Part shown: positions 36,940-45,459 of the stretch, piece after piece
How the letters are laid out: every line of letters begins with the position of its first letter
How positions within the stretch are numbered: position 1 is the stretch's first letter
Virus record (IMG/VR): IMGVR_UViG_3300014348_000112
Coordinates: 16,820-80,819 of that record
DNA: 64,000 nt
Direction: 5' to 3' (one strand)
Source: a virus
The notes under the pieces: model-generated
The model's input: only the letters and a program-made list of their open reading frames with translations
What the model was told of the DNA's origin: nothing
Databases searched by the model: none
Made by a program: the position numbers and the translations under genes

Positions 36940-37383
36940 TCAGCTTCTCCGTTCCAGGCGCACGCGCGCCCAAACGTCGCCCGTCCCGCTTGGCTCGACG
37001 GCGGGAGACGAAACGTTGAACCACAAGCCGCCGAGCTTGATGGCGAACGCCTCTTGCACCGTCGCCACATCGGCGGACAAAACGTACAACTCCAGCGAAC
37101 CGGCCGGCGCGACACCGGCGGCGACCATCGTGCGCAGGTCGTCCGAGCTTTGCAACGGCACGATGTAGATCACCTCGCCGACAAAGTACCCGCTCGCCTC
37201 GAACGCGTCCAGGTCGTTCAGCACCGCGCCGCTGCCCGTCAGGATGCCGTCGCGCGACGCGTCAAACGCGTAGCCGGCCGGCAGCGACCAGTCGGCCAGC
37301 GGCGGGACTACGCTCATCGTTGGCTTGCCATAACGCAACCAAGCCCGGCGAAAAATTGCCTTGACCTTGAACGACAGGCTCAT
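36940..37383 (-). CDS. Head-closure / head-tail adaptor-like protein
   Basis: Synteny; 147 aa; ends VWARVRLERRS. Confidence 0.55.
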   Translation of the reverse strand: MSLSFKVKAIFRRAWLRYGKPTMSVVPPLADWSLPAGYAFDASRDGILTGSGAVLNDLDAFEASGYFVGEVIYIVPLQSSDDLRTMVAAGVAPAGSLELYVLSADVATVQEAFAIKLGGLWFNVSSPAVEPSGTGDVWARVRLERRS

Positions 37384-37715
37384 CGTCTCAACCTCTCGAC
37401 ACCTTCATGCGCCACCACGGCCAGGCCGCTCGCCGCCAGCACCAGCCTCAGCCAGTACACGGGGGTCAGCGGAAGCGCCAACAGCAGCGCCGCCCAAAAC
37501 GACATGCACCACACGCACGTCCACAGCTCGGCCACGGCGTTCGTCGCCACCTTCGTCGCCTCCGGCTGGCCGTCGTTGCCGCGCGTCACCACCGAGCGCA
37601 CGCCCAGGCGGTAGCGCAGCCGACTGAAGACCGCGCCGGGGCCGTCCTCGTTGACCAGCATGTACGCCAGCCGCCAGGAGGCCAGGCCCAGGATCACGAA
37701 GTCAAGCGTCGTCAC
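37380..37715 (-). CDS. DUF1360-like membrane protein
   Basis: LASWRLAYMLVNEDGP...ELWTCVWCMSFW pattern. Confidence 0.65.
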   Translation of the reverse strand: MTTLDFVILGLASWRLAYMLVNEDGPGAVFSRLRYRLGVRSVVTRGNDGQPEATKVATNAVAELWTCVWCMSFWAALLLALPLTPVYWLRLVLAASGLAVVAHEGVERLRR

Positions 37716-37917
37716 GATTAGGTTCCTTCTCGACCGCATAGGCCCACTCGCCATCGGCAAAGACGCCCACAGTCGTGACGCGCTGGCGGCGGGAGGCATC
37801 GGCGCCGCTGTAGCTCAGCACCAGCGCGCCGTCGTCCAGCGCGAAGGTGTTGGCCTCCACGTTCTCCAGCGGCTCCAGCTCGCCGATGGCGTTGCGGAAG
37901 TAGACCTGGATGGTCAT
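37702..37917 (-). CDS. Hypothetical protein
   Basis: ATGA coupling. Confidence 0.6.
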   Translation of the reverse strand: MTIQVYFRNAIGELEPLENVEANTFALDDGALVLSYSGADASRRQRVTTVGVFADGEWAYAVEKEPNRDDA

Positions 37918-38117
37918 GGGCCGGCCTCGTTTCTTGCCTCGAACTGGATGCCGTGGTCGCCAGGGTAGGGCTGGCGGTGGTCGTTGTCGCCCAGCCAGAT
38001 CGGGGCCGGGATGCCGTCAGGGAAGGCCGCGCAGAAGGGCGCCGCGCCCTCGGCAACGTGCCGGCAGAAGGTGCAGACCGGGCTGAACGGAACCCGCATG
38101 AGATCGTCAAGAATCAC
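37914..38117 (-). CDS. Small Cys/His protein downstream of the JAB cassette (candidate partner)
   Basis: CTFCRH...CAAFPDGIP...HRQPYPGDHGIQFE; overlaps the JAB gene stop. Confidence 0.68.
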   Translation of the reverse strand: MILDDLMRVPFSPVCTFCRHVAEGAAPFCAAFPDGIPAPIWLGDNDHRQPYPGDHGIQFEARNEAGP

Positions 38118-38928
38118 GGTGCGCCTCTCTTGTGTAGGTGAACGGGCAGGCGGCGCCCAGGCGGTCTTCGATTGAGACCCAGACCTCGTGCCAGAAGCGG
38201 TCGTTGACGTACTTGAGCGTGCTGCTGTCAGCGTAGTACGACAACTCGCTGACTTCGCCTGAGTAAACCTGGGGGAAATACCGGCGTCTCTGCTCGGTTT
38301 CCGCTTCTCTGATCATGCCGGCCAGGAGACGCCACTGGTCGTTGTCCAGCTTGCCGGACTTGTTGTGCATGATGTGGACATAATTAGCTGTCACGGCGCG
38401 TATCTCAGCCAGGCCCGTGCTAAACAGGGCCCGAGCGTCCGCTGGAGAAAGCGATGAGTCATACTGCGGGTGGTTGTGGGTCAGGGTTGCGCCAGGGAAC
38501 TGCGCAGTCTCAGAAAGAGACCAGTTAATGGAACTTGCGTCTCCTCGCTTGGTAAAAAGCAGCTTGCCGTCGGCGTTAAACACGGCGCCGATTTCCCATG
38601 TGGGAGCGAGGAGCCTTAGCTTTTTCTCAAAATTATCCAAAGCCATGTTTTCTTCAGCCTCTAAATCGGCGAGGCGCTGCAACTCTACTCGCCGTTGCCT
38701 TTGATCTTCTTCCGCCCTCCATATCGCCATCGCTTCTCTGTCATTCACCGCATTGGCGTAAGGATCGACGCTACCGCCTGCCCCATCCTTCGGCGCGAAC
38801 TGGCCGCCGCGCGGGTCGCCGGCTGGGTGGCGGTTGACGCGCGACTCGTCCCACGCCTTCTCTTGCGCGCGCCGCTCGATCCCGGCAAAGCCGAACGCAT
38901 CCCGCAGGTGGGCCAGTTGGTCGCTCAT
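38107..38928 (-). CDS. Tag-bearing JAB/MPN+ (JAMM) metallo-isopeptidase-like protein
   Basis: QEKAWDESRVNRHPAGDPRGGQF tag variant; WEIGAV...HNHPQYDSSLSPAD fits H-x-H-x7-S-x2-D. Confidence 0.75.
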   Translation of the reverse strand: MSDQLAHLRDAFGFAGIERRAQEKAWDESRVNRHPAGDPRGGQFAPKDGAGGSVDPYANAVNDREAMAIWRAEEDQRQRRVELQRLADLEAEENMALDNFEKKLRLLAPTWEIGAVFNADGKLLFTKRGDASSINWSLSETAQFPGATLTHNHPQYDSSLSPADARALFSTGLAEIRAVTANYVHIMHNKSGKLDNDQWRLLAGMIREAETEQRRRYFPQVYSGEVSELSYYADSSTLKYVNDRFWHEVWVSIEDRLGAACPFTYTREAHRDS

Positions 38929-39995
38929 TTCGCACACCACTCCTTGACCGCCTCAATCACCAGCCCCTGCTCGGCCTCGCTCATGCCGGCGAACATAGGC
39001 AGCGTCACCATGCGTCGCCACTCGCGCGCAGTCACCGGCGGCGTTGGCTGGTCGGCATAGGGCTTGTACAGGGTCAGCGGCTTGTAATGCACGCCGGCCG
39101 AGATGCCGCGCGCCAGCAGGTGGTCGATCAGGTCGTTGCGCCGCTCCGGCTCGGTGCGCACCACGAACAGGTGCCAGATGTGCTCTGCGCTCCAGGCCGG
39201 CAGCTCCAGGCCCGTCCCGTCCAGCTCAGCCATGTAGCGCAGGGCGATGGCCGTGCGCTGCTCCAGCATTTCGTCAAAGCGCTCCAGTTGTGCCAGGCCG
39301 ATGGCCGCCTGGATGTCGTTCCAGTGGCACTTGTAGCCGATCTCCTCGATGCAGTAGTCCCGGCCGTAGCGGTTCTGGCTGCGCTGCCAGGTGTCTCGGT
39401 CGATGCCGCACCACCTGAGCGCCCGCAGCCGGCTGGCCAGGGTCTCGTCGTCCAGCAGGATCGCGCCGCCGTCGCCCGTGGCCAGCGGCTTGACCGGGTG
39501 GAAGCTGTAGCACACGAAGTCGCCGTAGTGGTTGGGCAGCAGCGGCGCGTGGGCCGCATCCTCGATCACCGGCAGGCGCCAACTGCTCCAGGCGCTAGTG
39601 GCCGGCAGGCCGGCGTAGTCCACCGGCACGATGGCCTTGGTGGCGGGCGTGATGACCTGGGCCACGTCCTCCGGGTCCAGGCACAGCGTCACCGGGTCTA
39701 CGTCAGCGAAGACCGGCCGCGCGCCGGTGTAGGAGACGACCAGGGCGGTCGAGACGAAGGTCAGCGCCGGCACGATCACGTCGTCGCCCGGCCCCACCCC
39801 GCAGGCCAGCAGGCTCAGGTGCAGGGCCGCCGTGGCGCTGTTGACCGTGACGCAGTGGGCATAGCCGGTGCGGCGCGCCAGCTCAGCCTCGAACTCGGCG
39901 CAGCGGGGGCCGTTGCCCCACCAGCCGCTGTTAAGCACGTCCAAAACCGCAAAATTTGCGGATTCGCTGGTGGATGGTTGTAGAAGTGGGATCAC
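38925..39995 (-). CDS. DegT/DnrJ/EryC1/StrS-family PLP sugar aminotransferase
   Basis: GTG start after GGAGG; VNSATAALHL, VIEDAAH, YSFHPVKPLATGDGG. Confidence 0.92.
   Translation of the reverse strand: MIPLLQPSTSESANFAVLDVLNSGWWGNGPRCAEFEAELARRTGYAHCVTVNSATAALHLSLLACGVGPGDDVIVPALTFVSTALVVSYTGARPVFADVDPVTLCLDPEDVAQVITPATKAIVPVDYAGLPATSAWSSWRLPVIEDAAHAPLLPNHYGDFVCYSFHPVKPLATGDGGAILLDDETLASRLRALRWCGIDRDTWQRSQNRYGRDYCIEEIGYKCHWNDIQAAIGLAQLERFDEMLEQRTAIALRYMAELDGTGLELPAWSAEHIWHLFVVRTEPERRNDLIDHLLARGISAGVHYKPLTLYKPYADQPTPPVTAREWRRMVTLPMFAGMSEAEQGLVIEAVKEWCAK
39943..39965. promoter_or_regulatory. Operator-like palindrome, copy 4, inside the first DegT codons (copy 5 at 41631-41653)
   Basis: The - strand reads (g/a)aatccgcaaattttgcggtttt and encodes SANFAVL. 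Confidence 0.6.
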
Positions 39996-40171
39996 GCCGG
40001 CCTCCTGCGCAAGATAGCGGCGATGGGCTTGGCTTCTTTGGCTTCCACCGGACGCGGCGTACCTAGCAAGAAAGCGTCGGCGGGTATGCCGTCCTGATCC
40101 TTGCTCTGATGCTGTAGCGCAATCAGCCAATCGGCGTTACGGTCGTCTTCTGTAATCAAAATCTCACTCAT
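39992..40171 (-). CDS. 59-aa NADWL partner peptide downstream of ART (not in the ORF track)
   Basis: Hand-translated MSEILITEDDRNADWLIALQHQSKDQDGIPADAFLLG...PIAAILRRRPA; overlaps both the ART stop and the DegT start. Confidence 0.65.
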   Translation of the reverse strand: MSEILITEDDRNADWLIALQHQSKDQDGIPADAFLLGTPRPVEAKEAKPIAAILRRRPA

Positions 40172-41366
40172 ATCGTCTGATAACCTCCCACGGGTGGTCT
40201 GCTAACCACGAGCCGTGTACTACCGCTTCGTTTACCGCGAAAGCACCAAAGCCAGTCGTCCAATGCGAAAAAATCGCCTTGACAGGGACACGAACACCGA
40301 AAACAAGACCTACTTCGCCGTGCTTGCGGTGTAGAGCGAACTGGCTGGCTGAGTACGCGTTAGCGGAAAACGAGGACAAGGGGCGGGGCTTCACCGCTAC
40401 CTTTTCGCCTCTTACTGCGTTGCTCAAGTTCGGGTGTTCCGCTTTTGACAAGATCATGCCGCGATAGAGCACAACCTCGTCTTCGGGTTTCAGCCCTTGA
40501 GATTTGAAAAACTCTTGAGTTCGCCGATAGACAGAGTCATACGCTTTTTGCGCTTTGCTGTTCGTCTCGCGGTCTTTCTCTAGCAAAGCCGCAGCATTTG
40601 TTATGTCGTCATTGGTGCTCATGGATGCAGTTCTCTGCGCCCGATCCCATGCAACGGATTGCAGATGATCGCGTTCCTCGCCAGCCCATGCACCCCAATA
40701 GGCTTGAAACCTCCAGGCGTCGGGCGAGCCGGTGTCTTGCTTGAGAGCATTTACTCCGTCGTACCACATCCTCTCCCATTCACTTTCTGGCAAAGTTCCC
40801 GCATCAAACAGTGTCCTTTCTTGTTGCGAATAGAACGATCCATCAGCGGGGGCCAGATCGACAAAAACACCGTGCCAACCAAGAGCATCGCGGACGCTGC
40901 TTTTTGTTATGCGTCGCTCTAGGACGTTCTCAAGATTCGGTTCATCAAAGTCAGAATAGATGTACGATCCTGAAGCGTCTTCTCCTGCCTTTACAAAGCC
41001 AAGATTGTCCTTGTCTAATCGAATTTCTAGTATTCCGCCCCTGGTGCCGTCTAGATGGGAGTACCGAACAATCAGCATCGTTTTGGTTAGGTCTTCGTTT
41101 TTTGCAACTTGACCAACAGAGATTTCGGCGCTGTAGCCATCAACAGCAAAAAAGCTCAGAAAGTCGTTCGCGGTTTTAGCCTGCGCGCCAATGCCAACAC
41201 AATCCTTCCAAAGCAAAGATGCTTCGTCGTTTTTGAACACGGCTTTTGCGCCGCCACCCTCCGCCGCCCACTGCCCGCCGCGCGGGTCGCCGGCCGGCAC
41301 GCGCGGCTGATCCGGGTTGAACTTCTTCTCGGCCACCGAGACCTTGACGACGCGCAGGGTGGTCAT
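40164..41366 (-). CDS. Tag-bearing ADP-ribosyltransferase-like protein (variant catalytic loop)
   Basis: AEKKFNPDQPRVPAGDPRGGQW tag; LYRG...PRPLSSFS...FGAFAVNEAVV; AT-richer body. Confidence 0.75.
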   Translation of the reverse strand: MTTLRVVKVSVAEKKFNPDQPRVPAGDPRGGQWAAEGGGAKAVFKNDEASLLWKDCVGIGAQAKTANDFLSFFAVDGYSAEISVGQVAKNEDLTKTMLIVRYSHLDGTRGGILEIRLDKDNLGFVKAGEDASGSYIYSDFDEPNLENVLERRITKSSVRDALGWHGVFVDLAPADGSFYSQQERTLFDAGTLPESEWERMWYDGVNALKQDTGSPDAWRFQAYWGAWAGEERDHLQSVAWDRAQRTASMSTNDDITNAAALLEKDRETNSKAQKAYDSVYRRTQEFFKSQGLKPEDEVVLYRGMILSKAEHPNLSNAVRGEKVAVKPRPLSSFSANAYSASQFALHRKHGEVGLVFGVRVPVKAIFSHWTTGFGAFAVNEAVVHGSWLADHPWEVIRRYE

Positions 41367-41683
41367 TTTCGTATCACCACCGATCCGGTCTGCCCAAACA
41401 CGCCAGGCCGGCCCAGCGCCTCGCCGTACTCCTGGCAGGCGCTCAGGAACTCGCCATAGTCCAGCCAGCACTGCCAGATGCCGGTCTCCCGGTCCAGGTG
41501 CTGGTCGCCGTTGCCGAACCAGGTGGCCACGTACAGCACCTGTCGCGCCGCGCCGGCCAATTGCGCCAGCTCAGCCTCGAACTCGGCGCAGCGCGGGCCG
41601 TTGCCCCACCAGCCGCTGTTCAGCACGTCCAAAACCGCAAAATTTGCGGATTTGCTGGTGGATGGTTGGAGGAGTGGGATCAC
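41363..41683 (-). pseudogene. In-frame chimera of the DegT N-terminus and the methyltransferase C-terminus
   Basis: VIPLLQPS...AEFEAELA is joined to QLAGAARQVLYVATWFG... at the 8-bp microhomology GCGCCAGC (41563-41570). Confidence 0.75.
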
Positions 41684-41877
41684 GCCGGCCTCCTGCGCAA
41701 GATGGCGGTGATGGGCGCGTCTTTCTCGACCGGCGCCGGTGGCTTGGGTAGAAACGGCATGGTCTCCCATAGCGGGCGCAGGTCGTCCTCCGGGCCGGCT
41801 GCCTCGTCCCAGAACCATGCGTCGCTGCCGCCTACGTGGCCTTCCGGCGTGTTGATCAGCTTTTGTTCCTGAGCCAT
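41680..41877 (-). CDS. 65-aa GSDAWFW partner peptide downstream of GNAT (homologous to the MuF N-terminus)
   Basis: GSDAWFWDEAAGPEDDLRPLWETMPFLP versus GSDAWFWSAALEPEDTIRPYWETMPFLP at 59004. Confidence 0.72.
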   Translation of the reverse strand: MAQEQKLINTPEGHVGGSDAWFWDEAAGPEDDLRPLWETMPFLPKPPAPVEKDAPITAILRRRPA

Positions 41878-42698
41878 AGCTTGCCTCTCCATGATCCGTG
41901 GCCGGACTTGTCCAGCATGAACGCTTTTCCTGCCTCGTAATCGCCCGGCTTGATGTCTGGATTCTCGATGGCCGTGTGCGGCAGCTTGACACCAGGGATG
42001 CGGTAGTTGGCCACGTCCTGCGGCGTCCTGAACCGGGGCCATCCGCCGGGCGGTTGATTGATGCCGTTTCTCCTGGCCCATGACAGGAACTTACCCGAAG
42101 CCTGCCGCGCGTCGTTGTTGTCGCTGTACTGAAAGCCTTGCTTTGCCCAGGCGTAGCGCCCAATCGAGATGTCAGCCTGCAATCGGATTTGGTCAACGGT
42201 CGTTTCTTTCGTCAATATCTCGATCTGCCTCTTGTACAGGTCTTGAGCGAGACCACGGTTCTGGAACTTTTGCGCAAAAACCAGTTCATCGTCCAGGCAA
42301 AAAGCTACGTCGCGGTCAAACATGAACTCTCTTTTGCTATGGCCGATTCTTTCTTTTGTGGCCGGGTCTGTCCATTTCGTTTCAATCGAGAGAGTGTTGT
42401 AATCCCGGTTTCTGCCAATGGTGATGCTCGTGTCATAGCCGGGAAGCGAAAGCATCCTTTTGATGTGGTCTTTGGTCATACCGAAACGTTGAAGTTCGTT
42501 GTCCTCATAACCCTGAGCAAAGTCCTTGACCTTGACCGTCACCTTGCCCTGGGGATGGCCAACAGGCGCAGACTCGCTACCTGCGCCACCCTCCGCCGCC
42601 CACTGGCCGCCCTGCGGGTCGCCGGCCGGCACGCGCGGCTGGTCGGGGTTGAACTTCTTCTCGGCCACCGAGACCTTGACGACGCGCAGGGTGGTCAT
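41856..42698 (-). CDS. Tag-bearing GNAT-like acetyltransferase protein
   Basis: AEKKFNPDQPR tag; KFQNRGLAQDLY...IRLQADISIGRYAWAKQGFQY. Confidence 0.68.
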   Translation of the reverse strand: MTTLRVVKVSVAEKKFNPDQPRVPAGDPQGGQWAAEGGAGSESAPVGHPQGKVTVKVKDFAQGYEDNELQRFGMTKDHIKRMLSLPGYDTSITIGRNRDYNTLSIETKWTDPATKERIGHSKREFMFDRDVAFCLDDELVFAQKFQNRGLAQDLYKRQIEILTKETTVDQIRLQADISIGRYAWAKQGFQYSDNNDARQASGKFLSWARRNGINQPPGGWPRFRTPQDVANYRIPGVKLPHTAIENPDIKPGDYEAGKAFMLDKSGHGSWRGKLWLRNKS

Positions 42699-43426
42699 TT
42701 TCGTATCACCACCGATCCGGTCTGCCCAAACACGCCAGGCCGGCCCAGCGCCTCGCCGTACTCCTGGCAGGCGCTCAGGAACTCGCCATAGTCCAGCCAG
42801 CACTGCCAGATGCCGGTCTCCCGGTCCAGGTACTGGTCGCCGTTGCCGAACCAGGTGGCCACGTACAGCATTCGCCGCGCCGCGCCGCGCCGGCCAATTG
42901 CGCCAGCGCCGGCCGCCAATCGGCAAGGTGCTGCAAGACCTGGAAACACAGCACGTTGTCGGCGCTGGCCGGCTCCAGGGCCAGGATGTCCAGCGCAGTG
43001 AACGCCACGCCGGGGTAGTTGGCCCGCGCCAGCGCCAGCATCTCCAGCGACGAGTCGCCGCCGCGATAGGCCCGGCCATCCAGCAGGCCGGCGTCCCGCA
43101 GTGCGCCGTACATGCGCCCGGACCCGCAGCCCGCCTCCAGCACGTCGCCCGGCGCTAGGTGAGGGCGCAGGTCGTCGCACAGCGCGCCACGATGCGGTGA
43201 TGTTCGCCGTCCCCAGCACCAGCGCCTCGTCGTTGGCGTCGCCGCCGTAGGTGTTGTCACCGCTGATGGCCAGCCCGTCGATCTTGCGCAGCTCGTCCAG
43301 ATAGCCGGCGCGCGCCGCGGTCAGTCGCGTCTCCAGGTCGTCCACACTGGTCTGGAGCGCCAGCCCGTCCTGGACCTCAGCCGCCGTTAGGTCGTCTTCA
43401 GTCTCGTACCAGTTGATGGACGCCAC
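42695..43426 (-). pseudogene. Class I SAM methyltransferase disrupted by two compensating frameshifts
   Basis: VLEAGCGSG / GGDSSLEML / VLCFQVLQHL lie in a different frame from both the N-terminus and the C-terminus; extra CGCGG unit at about 42865-42892. Confidence 0.7.
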
Positions 43427-43428
43427 GG

Positions 43429-44046
43429 TCACGCTCCCTTCACCACCACGTAGCGCACGGCCATGCCCGGCTCCAGCGCGATTTCCTGGTAGCCCAGCAC
43501 CTCGCCGCACTCGGCCAGGCCCTGCTCCATCGCCTGCAAGCTCACCACCTGGCCGTTGATCAGCTCGGCCGGTCTGCCGTACAGCACCGAGAACAGGTAA
43601 GCGCGCGCCGGCCACTTCTCGACGATGGCCTTCAGCAGCGCCATCGGGGCGTGATAGTGCCGGCTGGTGTCGATGCTCAGCAGCACGTCAGGCCGTTTCG
43701 CTTTGGTGTAGGGCGCGCCGGCGAAGATGTCCCGCTGTTCGATGGTCACGCCCTCCTCGCCGCCGTAGGTAGCGACGGCCTCGGCCAGCAGGCGCTCGCT
43801 GATGTCGTATCCGGCGTAGCTGGTAAACTTGGGCAGGTACTCGCGCACCACCGGCACGTAGCGCGCCGGGCCGCAGCCCAGGTCCACAACGCGCTTGGCG
43901 TCGCCGCAGAACATAGCCAGCAGGCCGCAGGCCGTCGTTTCCTCGATCTGCTTGGCGTTGCCCTGCTTCCACAGGTCGATCAGGTTCTGGCTGCCAACGT
44001 CGGTCGTCCACTCCTGGTAAGCCAGGTCATAGGGTTGAATGGTCAA
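43429..44046 (-). CDS. Class I SAM-dependent methyltransferase (small-molecule/sugar type)
   Basis: RVVDLGCGPARY, YAGYDISERLL. Confidence 0.85.
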   Translation of the reverse strand: MTIQPYDLAYQEWTTDVGSQNLIDLWKQGNAKQIEETTACGLLAMFCGDAKRVVDLGCGPARYVPVVREYLPKFTSYAGYDISERLLAEAVATYGGEEGVTIEQRDIFAGAPYTKAKRPDVLLSIDTSRHYHAPMALLKAIVEKWPARAYLFSVLYGRPAELINGQVVSLQAMEQGLAECGEVLGYQEIALEPGMAVRYVVVKGA

Positions 44047-44993
44047 GATAGCAACTCCTCATACAGCGCCTTGTAGGTTGGCGCCACGATCTGCCAAAGG
44101 TGCCGGCGTTCGATCAACCGCCGGCCAGCCGGCCCCAGCGCCGCTTTGTTCGCCAGCGCCCGGTCCAGCGCATCAGCCAGGCCGCGCACGTCGCCCGGCT
44201 CGACCAGCAAGGCCACATCTCCGGAGATGTCCGCTACGCCGCCCCAGCGGTAGCCGATCACCGGCACGCCCTGGTACAGCGCTTCCATGTGGCCCAAGCC
44301 GCTGGACTCGCAGAACGTCGCCAGGTACACGTCGCTTTCGGCCAGCAGGGCCTGCATTTGCGGGTACGGCAGCCGGCCCACGCAGCGCACGTTCAACGGC
44401 AGTTCGTAGCCCAGCCATCTCTCGATCTGCGCCGCTTCGGCGGTCAGCACCACAACGGCCTCCGGCCGCATCCTGGCCAGCTTCGCTGCCGGCGCAGGAT
44501 CGCGCAACACGTCGATGGCGTTCTTGTTCCAGATCACGACGGGCCGGTCTTCAGCCTTCAGTCGCGCACGCCAGTAGCCGGTCGGCTCGATGCCGCCCTC
44601 GTCCAGGTCGATAGCTTGGTCGATCCAGCGCGCCTGGACGCCGGCCAGTCGCTCGACCTCGCGCACCATGTAGCCGCTGTTGACCACAACGACGCGAGCC
44701 TGCTGGATGGCTTGCCGCATTACGTCGTTCTGCTCACGCCACCAGCCGGGCGCGTCTTCCGGGTAGAGATGCACCGGCCAGATGTAGTCGATGGTCTGCA
44801 CGTCGGTATCGGGCAGGCAGTCCACCCCCACCACATGCACCAGGTCCGCTTGCGCCCGGTCAGCCACTGTCTCCACGCCCAGGCGCGCCAGGTACTTGGC
44901 GCGCGAGAGCGTGGAGTGGTTAGGGCCGCCAGGGGAAGACGCAAAGCCGGCCTGAGCAGTGGCCAGCGGTGGGTAGGTCCAGATGCGCATCAC
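44043..44993 (-). CDS. Glycosyltransferase family 4 (GT-B)
   Basis: SDVYLATFCESSGLGHMEALYQGVPVIGYRWGG (E-x7-E). Confidence 0.88.
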   Translation of the reverse strand: MMRIWTYPPLATAQAGFASSPGGPNHSTLSRAKYLARLGVETVADRAQADLVHVVGVDCLPDTDVQTIDYIWPVHLYPEDAPGWWREQNDVMRQAIQQARVVVVNSGYMVREVERLAGVQARWIDQAIDLDEGGIEPTGYWRARLKAEDRPVVIWNKNAIDVLRDPAPAAKLARMRPEAVVVLTAEAAQIERWLGYELPLNVRCVGRLPYPQMQALLAESDVYLATFCESSGLGHMEALYQGVPVIGYRWGGVADISGDVALLVEPGDVRGLADALDRALANKAALGPAGRRLIERRHLWQIVAPTYKALYEELLS

Positions 44994-45085
44994 TCAGAGC
45001 CTCGCCACAAACTCACCGGCGCCGGCTGGCGCAGCACCTTGCGCCGCAGCCAGTAGCGCCACTGCCAGGCCGTCCAGTGTCTCAT
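44990..45085 (-). CDS. 31-aa Trp/Arg-rich peptide (not in the ORF track)
   Basis: MRHWTAWQWRYWLRRKVLRQPAPVSLWRGSE; start and stop overlap both neighbours. Confidence 0.35.
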   Translation of the reverse strand: MRHWTAWQWRYWLRRKVLRQPAPVSLWRGSE

Positions 45086-45459
45086 TGGGGTGCCCTCAGA
45101 TTGGGATAGCGCATGGAGGGCCAGTTGATGGTCGCTTCTCCGTAATTCTCACCGATTTGCACGGCCCCGATCACGTCGTATGGGCGAGTAGCAGCTTTTA
45201 CCGCATCTTCTTCAGTGAAGAATACGCCCATGATTTCGACTCCGTCTTCGTAGCCGGCGATTTCGCCTTCTGGCATCCTGATCGTTAGCCATACCTGGGA
45301 AATTTGATCCAGTACGTCGCCGCACACGGCTACCATGAGCCGGCCATTGGCCGTGCTGGGATCAAAGGCCCGCGTCTCTTTGCGCGTCTCGTAGCCGAAC
45401 TCTGGCGCGCGACGCTCATAGATTTCGTGGAACAGCGTAGCCAGTTCTAGTGCTTTCAT
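45082..45459 (-). CDS. Hypothetical protein
   Basis: ATGA coupling; AT-richer than its neighbours. Confidence 0.65.
   Translation of the reverse strand: MKALELATLFHEIYERRAPEFGYETRKETRAFDPSTANGRLMVAVCGDVLDQISQVWLTIRMPEGEIAGYEDGVEIMGVFFTEEDAVKAATRPYDVIGAVQIGENYGEATINWPSMRYPNLRAPQ

Larger units (their letters stand above)
39875..41716 (-). repeat. 154-bp direct repeat B (39875-40028 / 41563-41716): DegT 5' end plus upstream sequence
   Basis: Near-identical; each copy holds the RBS, the GTG start and the 23-bp palindrome. Confidence 0.92.
41252..42907 (-). repeat. ~320-bp direct repeat A (41252-41570 / 42584-42907): methyltransferase 3' end plus tag-gene 5' end
   Basis: Near-identical; similarity stops just after the GGQWAAEGG codons. 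Confidence 0.92.

Noticed and set aside
393-42907. Near-identical repeat pairs as diversity-generating retroelement TR/VR
   Set aside because: No reverse transcriptase in the window, and mismatches in the longer pairs are not confined to adenines.
43429-44046. Methyltransferase as a DNA methyltransferase
   Set aside because: No motif IV (D/N/S)PP(Y/F/W) and no PC motif; located within the glycosyltransferase cluster.
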